64,000 bases of DNA from contig NC_043014.1 in the NCBI RefSeq assembly GCF_006345805.1, positions 19,468,001 to 19,532,000 of the forward strand. Reading direction: 5' to 3'. A program made the translations under genes and the position numbers. Each line of letters begins with the position of its first letter. Within the stretch, counting starts at the first letter, position 1. Of the stretch, positions 13,592 to 27,032 are shown in pieces. The notes under the pieces were generated by a model. The model worked only from the letters and a program-made list of their open reading frames with translations. It made no database searches and was not told where the DNA came from. The DNA is from Octopus sinensis (lineage: Eukaryota).

Positions 13592-14257
13592 TGTGTGTGT
13601 GCGCGTGTGTGTGCGCGCGCTTGTGTGTGGTAATATTTGATTTATGAAGTTCGACTGACATTCTCAATTTTGAAACAAAATAATCGGTAATCAAGTACTA
13701 CGTTTATTCGGTATCTAATCTTAGTAACCAATATCTGAAAAAAAATATATACGGAGCCTCTTGTGTGTTGTAAATGTCAACAAAATAAATACTCTGAACA
13801 ACACCCACAATATAATATATAAAAGAAATTAATAAAATAGAAATTAAAAAGCCACACACATGACCTTTCAGCAAAGATGAACAATGCGCGTATATTTGTT
13901 TTTGTAATATAAAATATAACGTTGAAAAATATCAGATAAATCCTTGAAATTGTGTGTACACATGCGCGCACCTGTGTGTGCATGTGTATGAGTGTTTGTG
14001 TGAGTGTGTGTACTTGTTTGTGTGCGAGCCTGTGTATTTGTATGCGTGTTTGTGTACTTGTGTGTGTGGTGGGGGTAAGTATTTCTGTTTGTAATAATAA
14101 TAATGCTCATGAAAAAATGTGGAAAAGAAAATGGCTTTCAGATCTGTAAAAATATACTTTACTTTTTTGGTACAATGTAATATGCATGAATTCTGGTTAG
14201 TAAAGAAAAAATTCTTTCTAAAAGACTTAACGTAATGCAATGTACGTATGTATATAC

Positions 14258-14326
<69 letters not shown>

Positions 14327-14420
14327 TATATGTATACATATACATATGTGTGTGTATGTATGCATATATAAATATACACACACACACACATATATATATA
14401 TATACACACATATATATGTA

Positions 14421-14452
<32 letters not shown>

Positions 14453-15339
14453 CTCGCTTGAAAGGCACCCGATAGTGGGCTTTTGAGCTAGCTTTTATCT
14501 TAGTAAAGATAGCTTTTTTTCCATTCCTTAGCACAACCAGCATATAGCTGTCCTTAGGCAACAATAAAGTTGCCTTTTAAAAGTTCAACCATGATTCTTC
14601 TCCCGCCACTTAATTCAAAGACAATTTGATGGTGCAATTATTTGTAGTAGCTGGTACGTATCTAAACTCCTGTTCGTAGTTTGAAGGAAAATTATACCAC
14701 TGTCGATAAACACAATTTTAAAGTGCGATTTTCATCGTTTGGAATTGTTCTAAACGTATTTGGCCATAAGGATGTTTGAAATTTAGTATTTCTTTGAGTA
14801 TTTTTTAGAGGTAATAATAAAATAGACCGAATCTATTTTGATGAAGTGGGAGTGCGCTCAGTGTCCATAGCTCCGGCTTGAGACAGCATGAAAATAGGTC
14901 CGACAAATTTCACTGTTATCTGAAAAAATACTAAGTTTCAAACATGTTTATCATAGGTAGTTATGAGAGATAATATTGTATGAGAGAGTAGTTCAAGAAG
15001 TATTTCAATTCCGAATGCCATGAGGCACGTGTTCTGGTTAAATTATTTGATACAGTTATAATAAAGATCTTTTCAAAATATTTTTTTGGAAATTACTTTT
15101 GGAAATAATAATATTTAGAGGAATGTTTTTTTTCAAAATGTTAGGATCAGGAAAAAAACCAAGAATGAAGAATTGTAGAAGTCATTGAATAGTGCGAGAG
15201 GGGTAAGCATGAGGAATAGTAGAAGTGTCACTGAATAGTGACACAAAGGTCTGAGGAGTAAAGCTGAAAAAGTGTGCCACACTGACATTTGCATTTATTA
15301 TTATAGATATATGCGTGTATATATGTCTGTAAACGCGTG

Positions 15340-15518
15340 TGTATGTTGGTGATTTTCTTCCTCCGTATTCCCTTCCTTTGGACTTTCTTCGATTTTTGAA
15401 GAAGGGTTTGGCTCGAAACATTAAATACTCTTTCCTTCCTTTCCTGAGTGTCTGATAATACAGTATTTGTGTCACGTCCTCGCGTTATTGTTTTTTCTTG
15501 TTTTTCTTCTTTGGTTGG

Positions 15519-15520
<2 letters not shown>
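15340..15520 (+). mobile_element. Probable PLE 3' end with a decayed HHR
   Basis: TTGAAGA-A-GGG-TTTGG-CTC-GAAA-CATT-A (15396-15423), followed by a pyrimidine-rich tail and (TA)n. The core C3 and helix III are mutated. Confidence 0.4.
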
Positions 15521-15561
<41 letters not shown>

Positions 15562-15601
15562 CACACCACACACACACATATATATAATATATATATAGAT
15601 C

Positions 15602-15634
<33 letters not shown>

Positions 15635-15827
15635 TATATATATATTATATATACGTTTAAATATTTGTTGTGCAAGATTTTTTATGTGAAGTCGTGTGTT
15701 GAAACAGATATTGTTATATTTCGGAATGGTCATATTGCCAGTTTAGCCAATAAAAAACACGCACAATATATTTGGTGTTATTTTGCTTCAGTGATATTAT
15801 TTTTTACATTAATCTTAATCTTATTTC

Positions 15828-15872
15828 GGCCAAAGTTCTTTCGTCACACTCCTGTGACCGCATCAGTGGTCC
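15828..15872 (-). ncRNA. HHR-like motif in the sense pLTR (variant core CTGATGC)
   Basis: Reverse complement of 17275-17319. Confidence 0.5.
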
Positions 15873-16371
15873 TTTGTTTTCTTCTCACTTACTTGTGTCT
15901 CTCCTTACTAACCGTCAGCCATTTTATATTTCTATTGTAGTCTTCATTTGCGCATGTTTATATCTATGTGCGTCTATGTTTATTTAGTGTGTGTGTGGGG
16001 GGATGCCTGTAATATTTGTATCTTCTGGTTATATACATTCTTGTAATTTGTATTTTGTTTTTGTTGTTGTTGCTTTTGTTCTAATTTTGTTCATGTGTTT
16101 ACATCCACCCATTATTATCATTACATATGCTTGTATGTATGTATAACAACAATATTAGTAATAATAATAATAAATCTAATGGAAAAAAAAAAAGGAATAT
16201 ACATATACATATATACATACACATACATATACATATATATATATATACATATACACACACATATATACACATATACATATACATATATATACACATATAC
16301 ATATATATAGATATTCATTTCTATTTCTTTAATTACCTGTGTATTTATTATGTTTGCAGGATCCACTATTG

Positions 16372-16950
16372 TCATATGTTGTGGTGTGCGCTATTGCTCC
16401 ATTCTAGTTTTCTATTCAGGCTAGGTTTATTTTCTATTATATGTGTAGCTTCTATAATTTGTCTAATTGTTGCATCTGTTCTATGTGTGGACAATATCTT
16501 AATCTCTATGTTATTGATTGATCCCCTGTGTTCTTGTTCGGCGTGTTGGTACAGAATCGATGAGCTTTTACCTTCCTTGAGTTGTCTCCAATGTTCATTC
16601 ACCCGCTCACCAATGCTTCTTGCAGTTTCCCCTACGTATGTTACTGTCTTGTTACTGCATCGTCCCTCTATACATCTTATACTATAGACCACATTTCTGG
16701 CTTTACAGTTCGTTTGTGGGCTAAATCTACATACAGTGCAATAGTTATCCGTACAGAGAGTTCTACTAAAAGGATAGCTTCTACCAATTATAGATCTGAT
16801 AGGGTTGCCTGGCTTTTCAACAACCTTAATTCTTAGTTTAAGTTTATCTAGGGTCCTTCTAAAGCGGTACGCTAGTTCACCTCCAGGGGTGGTGTCAACG
16901 AACATGACACTCTGGTATTTATGGCTATCATACCAAGAGTTGGCCTTCCC
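16372..16950 (-). pseudogene. PLE ORF C-terminus: RT-EN linker plus GIY-YIG endonuclease
   Basis: The frame is open upstream of the annotated Met (GKANSWYDSHKYQSVMFVDTTPGGELA). It then has a Cys-rich linker (LCTDNYCTVC..TNC), NVVYSIRC..YVGETARS..ERVNEH, and conserved E (IIEATHI) and N (SLNRK). RT is absent. Confidence 0.9.
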
Positions 16951-17274
16951 TATTTTTTTCCATTAGATTTATTATTATTATTACTAATATTGTTGTTATA
17001 CATACATACAAGCATATGTAATGATAATAATGGGTGGATGTAAACACATGAACAAAATTAGAACAAAAGCAACAACAACAAAAACAAAATACAAATTACA
17101 AGAATGTATATAACCAGAAGATACAAATATTACATGCATCCCCCCCCACACACACACTAAATAAACATAGACGCACATAGAGATATAAACATGCGCAAAT
17201 GAAGACATACAGTAGAAATATAAAATGGCTGACGGTTAGTAAGGAGAGACACAAGTAAGTGAGAAGAAAACAAA

Positions 17275-17319
17275 GGACCACTGATGCGGTCACAGGAGTG
17301 TGACGAAAGAACTTTGGCC
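17275..17319 (+). ncRNA. HHR-like motif in the inverted pLTR
   Basis: CCA/TGG helix I; CTGATGC 17281-87 (A9 is C); extra G; helix II GTCAC/GTGAC with loop AGGAGT; GAAA 17305-08; helix III A-G-AA-C-T; U at position 17. Confidence 0.5.
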
Positions 17320-17470
17320 GAAATAAGATTAAGATTAATGTAAAAAATAAATATCACTGAAGCAAAATAACACCAAATATATAGTGCGTGTGTTTTATTG
17401 GCTAAACTGGCAATATGACCATTCCGAAATATAACAATATATATATATATATATATAATATATATATATA

Positions 17471-19015
17471 TACATGCATACATATATACATATAAATATA
17501 CATGCATATATATACATATAAAATAGCGGCTACAATATAAGGGTTAGTAAGAACAAGTGCATGGAAATAGTTATTATAGAAGATTAATACCGCATTGAGA
17601 CTAGATATCGTTCACATATTTAGATACATTCAATATTTATCTTTCGTGAAAATTTCAAGTGTATTGAATAAATGTTTCGTAAGTTATGAAACAATCTGTC
17701 CCTCTCTCTCCCTCACTCTTCCTCCTTTGCCCCCTCGTTGCTCCCACGTGACCATCCGCCATCTTTCTTTCTTTTCCTAACTTGAGTTTTTTTCCCTCTG
17801 ATTCAGCTACAGGGATCAGACACATTCATGCCTGATTCTTGTCCCAGCTTGTTCCTCCGGATTCGCCATCTCACCTCGTTTAGGCTTTGCAGCCCTTCCT
17901 GTTTGTTTTCACTGTCCTGCTTTTGCTACCAATTTTGACCCCCCGAAAAATCCCAAATTATATTTAATTTACTTTGCGGGAGCAACTGTTTTGTCGAAAA
18001 CGTACCTTGAATTGATTAAAATACAGATTAGAAAAACAGAAGACAACTGATGATGGATCGTCCTTTATGTTGCTTGCTTTTTTTTCCATTTGTTTCTTTC
18101 TTTGTTCGAAAAAGTTCATATTCTATGTATTTGTATTTCATGTTGTTTACGTTCCGTGACGTCCTGTGCCCACATATGCAGATGTATATACATATATATG
18201 TATGTACATATATGTATGGATATATGCATATATATATATATATTATATATATATATATATATACATGCATACATATATACATATAAATATACATGCATAT
18301 ATATACATATAAAATAGCGGCTACAATATAAGGGTTAGTAAGAACAAGTGCATGGAAATAGTTATTATAGAAGATTAATACCGCATTGAGACTAGATATC
18401 GTTCACATATTTAGATACATTCAATATTTATCTTTCGTGAAAATTTCAAGTGTATTGAATAAATGTTTCGTAAGTTATGAAACAATCTGTCCCTCTCTCT
18501 CCCTCACTCTTCCTCCTTTGCCCCCTCGTTGCTCCCACGTGACCATCCGCCATCTTTCTTTCTTTTCCTAACTTGAGTTTTTTTCCCTCTGATTCAGCTA
18601 CAGGGATCAGACACATTCATGCCTGATTCTTGTCCCAGCTTGTTCCTCCGGATTCGCCATCTCACCTCGTTTAGGCTTTGCAGCCCTTCCTGTTTGTTTT
18701 CACTGTCCTGCTTTTGCTACCAATTTTGACCCCCCGAAAAATCCCAAATTATATTTAATTTACTTTGCGGGAGCAACTGTTTTGTCGAAAACGTACCTTG
18801 AATTGATTAAAATACAGATTAGAAAAACAGAAGACAACTGATGATGGATCGTCCTTTATGTTGCTTGCTTTTTTTTCCATTTGTTTCTTTCTTTGTTCGA
18901 AAAAGTTCATATTCTATGTATTTGTATTTCATGTTGTTTACGTTCCGTGACGTCCTGTGCCCACATATGCAGATGTATATACATATATATGTATGTACAT
19001 ATATGTATGGATATA

Positions 19016-19052
<37 letters not shown>
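17471..19052. repeat. Near-identical 791-bp tandem duplication
   Basis: ORFs 17595/18386 and 18050/18841 recur at an offset of 791. Junctions lie in (TA)n. Confidence 0.92.
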
Positions 19053-19069
<17 letters not shown>

Positions 19070-20629
19070 TATATATAGAGAGAGAGAAAGAGGAGGTCAG
19101 TCATCGCTCGAAGTGTAAAAACCTTTAAGAATTTACAAAAAGTCTCACCTATAAGTACATATGCACATGTATAGACATGCAACTATATGCATAAATATAG
19201 GAAAAACAAAAGATACAGATCTGCACATGCAGTGACTCCAAATACTTGCACATACACACACATGCATTCATGACTCTCCTGTTGATGTTGTTGACAATCC
19301 AATGTAGGATTCTTAGATCGTGATTAGAAATGAATTTTTCTTGATTGGCAAGAAATCGAAAAATAAAATTAAATGATCTACATGCATACATTCATGTATA
19401 TGTACATACTCACACACGCACACACAAACTCACATACGCATATATATGTATATATAGGCAATGTGCATAAATGCATGCGTGTGCATTGTGTGCGAACATG
19501 ATATGTGTGTAAAAGTATCTATATATGTATATGTGTGTGTGTGTATGTGAGTTAGTGTTTGCGTGTTATTTTTTTAAAAAAATTGTGCGTGTATTGACAA
19601 ACATTTGAAGGCATAGAAGAGTATGTAGGTTTTTTTTCCGTTTAACCTTACTGGTTAACGATGTCTGTTTGAAATATGAATCAGCCACGGGAACTTACAC
19701 TTTTCGAGAGCACTTGAATATTCTGAAGATGTATATTCTGATACAAAAAAAAAAAATTGAGCTTGTGTTTACTTGCGTATTACAGTCCGATAAATTTTCG
19801 AGACTTAAATTATTGTTTTTTTTCAGCCTTAATTATCCGTTGGCAAAATTGTATTCTCTAGTGCCGTTATTCGGCACTTCAACTCATTCTCAAGGGTATA
19901 TAAACATTATTGGATGTTTATGTCTGCATATAAATATGATATTTGCATAATTTTACTATTTTTACTGACTGGATTTTGATGTTGCTTATGAACCGTCTCT
20001 GCAGACAGAGTGGAATGTATCAACTGCAATGCAAACAGATAGTTATTTATTGAACATAAATAGATGAAGTAGTAAATACACAGAAAGCAACCCACTCAGA
20101 CACACCTGATTGTGCTTGTTTGTCTCATCTATTTGAGACTTGTAAACAAATATCAAAACTACTAATGGAAATTGAGCCGCAATTTTGTTGAAGGAAGCCG
20201 GAGAGAGAGAGAGAGAGAGAGAGAAAGAGTATGCGTGTACGTGTGTGTACATTTAAATTATACTTATTTTACCAACAACAAAAGGACGAAATGAAATATT
20301 AAGGGAAATATATGGGGTCAATCCAACATAGCACGAAGATTTCTATTCCTCACCTTCTGAAAAGGAGGAAATAACTTAGGATGTATCACCTTAAATCAAT
20401 CACAGAAGGTTCACAGCTGATGAGTCCCTTTAGACGTAGGTCCACTCAAAGAGAGCTAATCTGGACTGAACAACATCGGCAAGGGAAATATTTACATCAG
20501 TAGATTTTATGTCCAAGTTTTCCATGGACCATAGTCCGGTGAATTGCAGATTCTCTCAATTTCGCTATATATATATACACACGTATATGCAACTATATTT
20601 ACTTACGTATGAAACTATTAATGTTACGC

Positions 20630-20760
20630 CAAGTAGGCTAGCTGATAATCATTAGCACACTGGGCAAAATGCTTAGCGGCATTTCGTTCGTCTATACTTT
20701 CTGAGTTCAAATCTCACCGAGGTCGACTTTGCCTTTCATCCTTTCGGTGACGATAAAATC
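20630..20760 (+). mobile_element. tRNA-headed SINE family B
   Basis: attagcacactgggcaaaatgcttagcggc..ctgagttcaaatctc (B box)..gaggtcgactttgcctttcatcctttcgg. Confidence 0.75.
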
Positions 20761-20840
20761 GACTTTACCCTTTCCACTCAACTGTTGGTCTTATACAAAA
20801 ATTTGGAGCCAATATTACGTCAGTAATTTGTCAATGGGGT

Positions 20841-21090
20841 GGAGGCTCAATGGCCCAGTGGTTAGGGCAGCGGACTCGCGGTTTCGATTCCCAGACCAGG
20901 CGTTGTGTGTGTTTATTGAGCGAAAACACCTAAAGCTCCACGAGGCTCCGGCAGGAGGTGGTTGCGAGCCCTGTTGTATTCTTTCGTCTCAACTTTCTCT
21001 CACTATCTCTTCCTGTTTCTTGAATAACGCTGCGATGGACTTGCATCCCGTCCAGCTGGGCGGAACACATACGCCACAGAAACTGGGAAA
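20841..21090 (+). mobile_element. tRNA-headed SINE family C
   Basis: ggaggctcaatggcccagtggttagggcagcggactc (A box)..ggtttcgattccc (B box). Homologous to 25051-25426 and 55478-55670. Confidence 0.85.
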
Positions 21091-21271
21091 ATAAATTTGT
21101 CATTAGCAGACGATATGTCTGCAAGCAGTGAGATATTCAAATCTTTCCTCAGGAAAATCTGCCTGCAGACGATATTTTTCCTATCCATCGGAAAGAATTT
21201 TTTTCTCCAACGATTAAACACTAAAAATATAAGAATGTTTGTGAGACACAGAAGAATGTATAAGATATATA

Positions 21272-21323
<52 letters not shown>

Positions 21324-21360
21324 TATATATATTATATATATATATATATATATGTGTGTG

Positions 21361-21399
<39 letters not shown>

Positions 21400-21419
21400 T
21401 GTGTGTGCGTGTGTGTGCG

Positions 21420-22069
21420 TGTGTGTGTGTATGCGCGAAGAAAGGCTAAATTCTTAAGAAGTTCATAAGAAGTTCATTTTGCAGTCAGGAAGGCTCAAGT
21501 TAAATCCTACAACGAGTTACTTCGGGAAGGAATCTTTTTACAAACACTCAAACTTAAGTGAATGAAATGGGGAAGAAAAAAACCCTGTGAGAAGAATGTC
21601 ATTTGGCGAATATGCAATTCAAACGTTCAGCATTGTCGCTCGTTGTACCGAGCTGTTTCTGCATGTAGACTGTGATCAGGCTGCACAACACTAGAAAAAC
21701 ACTCCCACAATTGCACTCTGCAGCAAGGGGAAAATAATCCAGTGGCGGAAATAACAATAGCACTTATGTTAAAACGGGTGGGGGATCCATTTACTCATTT
21801 TACTTGAAGTGCTTTTATAAGTAAGAGATGTCTATTTGGGCATGTTTTAGGTGTTTGCACGACAGTGTATATTTGCGTGAGCAACTACTATAATGCTTAT
21901 AGGTGATTATGGACACACACACACACACACACAGACACAGACACACACACAGAGACACACACACACACATACACGCATACTCACACACATATTCGTATGA
22001 ACGTGTATATATATATATATGTATGTATGTATATAAATAATAGAGGGTGTGTGTGTGAGAGAGAGAAGC

Positions 22070-22135
<66 letters not shown>

Positions 22136-23082
22136 TATGTGAGCAACGTATTTGTTGGAAATTTAAATCTGAAATGACAGTTTCAAAGGACCAGCGGTTT
22201 TTGTTTAAATAGGAGCGACTAAATAAAGGCTATAGCTATTACCGATGAATTTAAAGCCAGTCTCAACGGTATCGTTCGTTTATGTAAATTGGCTGCCATA
22301 TTTTTTTATTCATTTCCATCCATTGTCTTCTATGAAAGAATGGAAAGAATTGAAAACCCGAATGCCCAAATACGTCGATATAAATGTGTGTGTGTGGTGT
22401 GTGTGTGTGTGTGCGTGTGTGTGCGTGTGTGTGTGTATGCGCGAAGAAAGGCTAAATTCTTAAGAAGTTCATAAGAAGTTCATTTTGCAGTCAGGAAGGC
22501 TCAAGTTAATCCTACAACGAGTTACTTCGGGAAGGAATCTTTTTACAAACACTCAAACTTAAGTGAATGAAATGGGGAAGAAAAAAACCCTGTGAGAAGA
22601 ATGTCATTTGGCGAATATGCAATTCAAACGTTCAGCATTGTCGCTCGTTGTACCGAGCTGTTTCTGCATGTAGACTGTGATCAGGCTGCACAACACTAGA
22701 AAAACACTCCCACAATTGCACTCTGCAGCAAGGGGAAAATAATCCAGTGGCGGAAATAACAATAGCACTTATGTTAAAACGGGTGGGGGATCCATTTACT
22801 CATTTTACTTGAAGTGCTTTTATAAGTAAGAGATGTCTATTTGGGCATGTTTTAGGTGTTTGCACGACAGTGTATATTTGCGTGAGCAACTACTATAATG
22901 CTTATAGGTGATTATGGACACACACACACACAGACACAGACACACACACAGAGACACACACACACACACATACACGCATACTCACACACATATTCGTATG
23001 AACGTGTATATATATATATATGTATGTATGTATATAAATAATAGAGGGTGTGTGTGTGAGAGAGAGAAGCATATATATATAT

Positions 23083-23137
<55 letters not shown>

Positions 23138-23400
23138 TATGTGAGCAACGTATTTGTTGGAAATTTAAATCTGAAATGACAGTTTCAAAGGACCAGCGGT
23201 TTTTGTTTAAATAGGAGCGACTAAATAAAGGCTATAGCTATTACCGATGAATTTAAAGCCAGTCTCAACGGTATCGTTCGTTTATGTAAATTGGCTGCCA
23301 TATTTTTTTATTCATTTCCATCCATTGTCTTCTATGAAAGAATGGAAAGAATTGAAAACCCGAATGCCCAAATACGTCGATATAAATGTGTGTGTGTGTG
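21420..23400. repeat. About 1.0-kb near-identical tandem duplication
   Basis: The unit starting gtgtatgcgcgaagaaaggc recurs at about 21424 and 22433; ORFs 22245/23247 are offset by 1002. Junctions lie in (TG)n. Confidence 0.92.
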
Positions 23401-24726
23401 GGTGCGCGTGTGCGCGTGTGTGTGTGCGTGTGTGCGTGTGCACGCGTGTGTTTATGTATCTATGTATTTTTATATATGTAGATGCGAGTTGCAATCTATC
23501 AAAATGATTTGAAGCTCACGTAAATGATTAGATTAAACGTTATCGCTGAATCAGATTGAAATCAATTCATTCTCCGAAACATTTAGGAAATCAAAACAAA
23601 TTTGGAGCTTAATTTAGCTTGCCTCCTCATCTCGTATAGCTTCGCTACTTATATCTCCTGTTTATCTGTGTTTGATTGGGTTTTTTTTCAGTTAAGCCAC
23701 TGATACATGTCACCATAAATGTTATGATATAAAATTATATTGTATAATGTAACTTGACTTTTTAAAAATATTTCATTCCTAACGAGATATTATTTTAACC
23801 AGTATCTTATGATTTGTAATACCAAAATACATAACCACTTACAGATGTATACCCATATTCATATGTGCGTATGTGCGTATGTGCATATGTGCGTATGTGC
23901 GTGCGCGGCGGATTGGCATGCCTATACAGACACATAAAAATACACATACACACACACACACATACACACAAACACATTCACATACGCAAATATTCGCACT
24001 CACACTCACATTTGTATGCATATCTTCACATGTGAAAGCTTATTTCTGTCTATCAATATACCTATCTATCTATCTATCTGTCTGCATTACCCACTTTCTC
24101 TTTCCGTGTGTGTGTGTATATATATATATATACATATATGTGTGTGTGTATGTGTGTGTGTGTGTATGTATGTATATATATATGAGAGTACACACATAAA
24201 CGCATATATACTTACATACCTCTATATATATATGTATGTGTGTATATGTATATATATATACATATATAACGGGAAGCTATGTATGTATATCTATCTACAC
24301 ACATGCACACACACATATATATATACACACATGTATGTATATACTCAAACATTTGTACATACACTCACACATATTGCCCAATCTCTGTCTTATGGAAACT
24401 TTTAAAATCGAATTCCATCAACATACAAGTAGATAACCGTATTTATACTTCCGATGTCAAACAATGGACCAGCAAATTTCGAGAAGGCTTCATTCTGCAG
24501 CATTTTAATTCGTTAAAACATAGTTTCTTCGTGATTTCATTGCTATGTTAACCGTTAACAAATTGTTTCAATATTTGCTCCGGCTTTCTGCTTATGGCTA
24601 CCACTCATGTAGTATCTTTTTGAGCATCGAAGTCTGTCTAGTGTTGACAGTTTACCCAATGTGAGGAGAAGCTGATAAAACATGGTTGAACGAAGCTCAT
24701 CTCTTAGCAACTACAAATCCAGCAAC

Positions 24727-25754
24727 ATGATAGAGGATTCCCTAGGTCTGTCACATATCCGTGGTTTCCATAGATTTCATTGGGTTGGAAACTAATTTTA
24801 GTAGTTATAATTTTATCTTAGCCGAGAGGGAACGATAGAAAATATGACCCTGGACAGGGAATTTTGGAAAGGGATAGATTGAGGGAGGTATCCTTGGACA
24901 GGAGGTCTTCCACCCTCGCAACAAACTGTACTCCGCTGGAGATTCTCAATTCTTGTTAAACATGGCGACGGCAAGACACTGCTCCTCGTCTAGGAATTTT
25001 AAACCCCATACGCTTACGTCTCGTTACCATTTGAACTCAAAGAGCAGTCACACTCCGTCGGTTACGACGACGAAGGTTCCAGTTGAACCGTCCAACGGAA
25101 TAGCATGCTCGTGAAATTAACGTGCAAGTGGCTGAGAACTCCACAGACACGTGTACTCTTAACGTAGTTCCCGGGGAGATTCAGCGTGACACAGAGTGTG
25201 ACAAGGCTGACCCTTTGAAATACAGGTATAACAGAAACAGGAAGAAAGATTGAGAGAAAGTTGTGGTGAAAGAATACAGCAGGGTTCTCTACCAACCCCT
25301 GCCGGAGCCTCGTGAAGTTTAGGTGTTTTCGCTCAATAAACACTCACAACGCCCGGCCTGGGAATCGAAACCGTGATCCTTTGATCGCGAGTTCGAGGCC
25401 CTAACCACTGGGTTATTGCGCCTCCACACAAACAGCAGTAACCAATACGCTAGGCATCTAATCTGGCAATAAAACTCTTCCATCAGTCTACCCAACAAAC
25501 AACAACTTTACTTATTGGTTTGAAATTTTAGCACAAGGCCAGCAGTTTCGGGGAAGGAAGTAAGTAAGTCGATATATATTGAGAACTTCACTGAATTGAC
25601 AAGGATTTCACAGGCTTCTGCTAAAGCACCATGTTCAATCCTCATATAAAGAACACATTTAGTGATATGAAGAGGGACTGATTTTTTAGTTTCCAACCCA
25701 ATGAAATCTATGGAAACCACGGATATGTGACAGACCTAGGGAATCCTCTATCAT
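24727..25754. repeat. Perfect 69-bp inverted repeat pair
   Basis: 24727-24795 is the reverse complement of 25686-25754. Confidence 0.88.
25051..25426 (-). mobile_element. SINE family C, full length, with a degenerate TSD
   Basis: tRNA-like head at 25426-25350. Flanks caaagagcagtca (25038-50) and caaacagcagtaa (25429-41) resemble a 13-bp TSD. Confidence 0.88.
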
Positions 25755-26679
25755 ACTCTAAAATATAAGCCAATCATTTTCAAATATATTGTGTGTTGTT
25801 CTGTTTTTATTTATTTTTTTTCTTCTTGCTCACGTTTTCGCCGCTGCTGCTGTTGTTACTTTTGTTGTTGTTCAGCCTCTTCCACATCATCGTCGTCATC
25901 ATCATCACCACCATTATCATCGTCTTTGTGTGGTTATCGTCATCATCATCATCATCATCTTTCTTCCACATCTTAGTTGTTTCATTTAAAAATACATGTT
26001 TAATAAATATTTATTTTGTGTCAGGTGCTGTCACTTGAGAGACCATGAACCTCCTTCAACACACAGCCTAATTATGTGTATGAATATATACATATGTTAT
26101 ATGTTTATACATAAATGAGTATGTATGTGTTTATGTAAGTATGTATGTATGTATGTATGAGTATGTGTATATGTATACGCACACACACATATACATGTAT
26201 GTATATTTGTGTTTGTGATTGTGTGTATGTCTTCTTTTTGAGTAAAAAAGATAACTGAAAGCCTTGGAGCAGTATTCAAACGAGGAATAGTTTTTAACAA
26301 TGGACTGGATGTGGGGTTACTGATGATGGCAGTGGTGGTACAGATTTATTTGGTTATTTTATGTGTAGATGTGTGTGTGTGTGTGCGTGGTTGTGTGCGC
26401 GTGCACGTTTATATCTGCGTATAAAACGATTTTTTTTCAACAGATGGCGCCTCTTGTAATGTGATTTGAACAGCCATTCTTGAAGTGCCGATCGATGTCA
26501 ATAAAATGAGGCTGAAGGAGATGTCGCAGATGCTGAAATACCCTTCAAATGTCATCGATTTCTTAACAAGATGTGATTGTCAAGTAGACTTTATACAAAT
26601 ATCAAGAGTATCTCGTCTATTGATTGCTATGTGAACGTTCCTACCCTTGGATCTGTCTCTATGTATGTCCGTGTCTGTG

Positions 26680-26984
26680 TGTATAACACCAAGAACTATC
26701 TCGATGTGTATGTGTATGTGTGTGTGTGTGTGTGTGTGGTGTGTGGTGTGTGTGTGTGTGTTTGTTTGTGACGCCAAGATCTGTGTATCTGGATTTGTGA
26801 CGCCAAGAACTATTTCGATGTATCTGCGTGTCTGTGAGTAGCACCAAGAACTGTCTGTCTCTCTCTATATATGTATGTGTGTGTTTGTTTGTGTGATGCT
26901 AAGAACTGTATCACTATGTTTGTGTATCTGTATTTGTGACGCCAATAACTATCTCCATGTATCTGTGTGTCTGTGGGTGGCACT

Positions 26985-27032
<48 letters not shown>

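Larger units (their letters stand above)
15655..17440 (-). mobile_element. 5'-truncated Penelope-like element with an inverted pseudo-LTR
   Basis: A GIY-YIG ORF fragment lies between about 480-bp inverted repeats (about 15710-16190 and 16950-17440), each with an HHR-like motif. (TA)n flanks both sides. Confidence 0.85.

Noticed and set aside
16366-16374. Selenocysteine read-through at the TGA ending the PLE ORF
   Set aside because: The TGA is not at a conserved Cys position, a TAG follows two codons later, and no SECIS was identified.
20284-20428. Possible type II hammerhead (GGAC-GAAA at 20284 ... CTGATGA-GTCC at 20417)
   Set aside because: Helix II would pair, but I could not build helix I adjacent to both the core and an NUH site, so it is probably chance or heavily decayed.
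20841-20915. tRNA genes (also at 25350-25426, 55478-55545 and the family A/B heads)
   Set aside because: The A/B boxes continue into SINE bodies and no complete cloverleaf is evident, so these are SINE heads.
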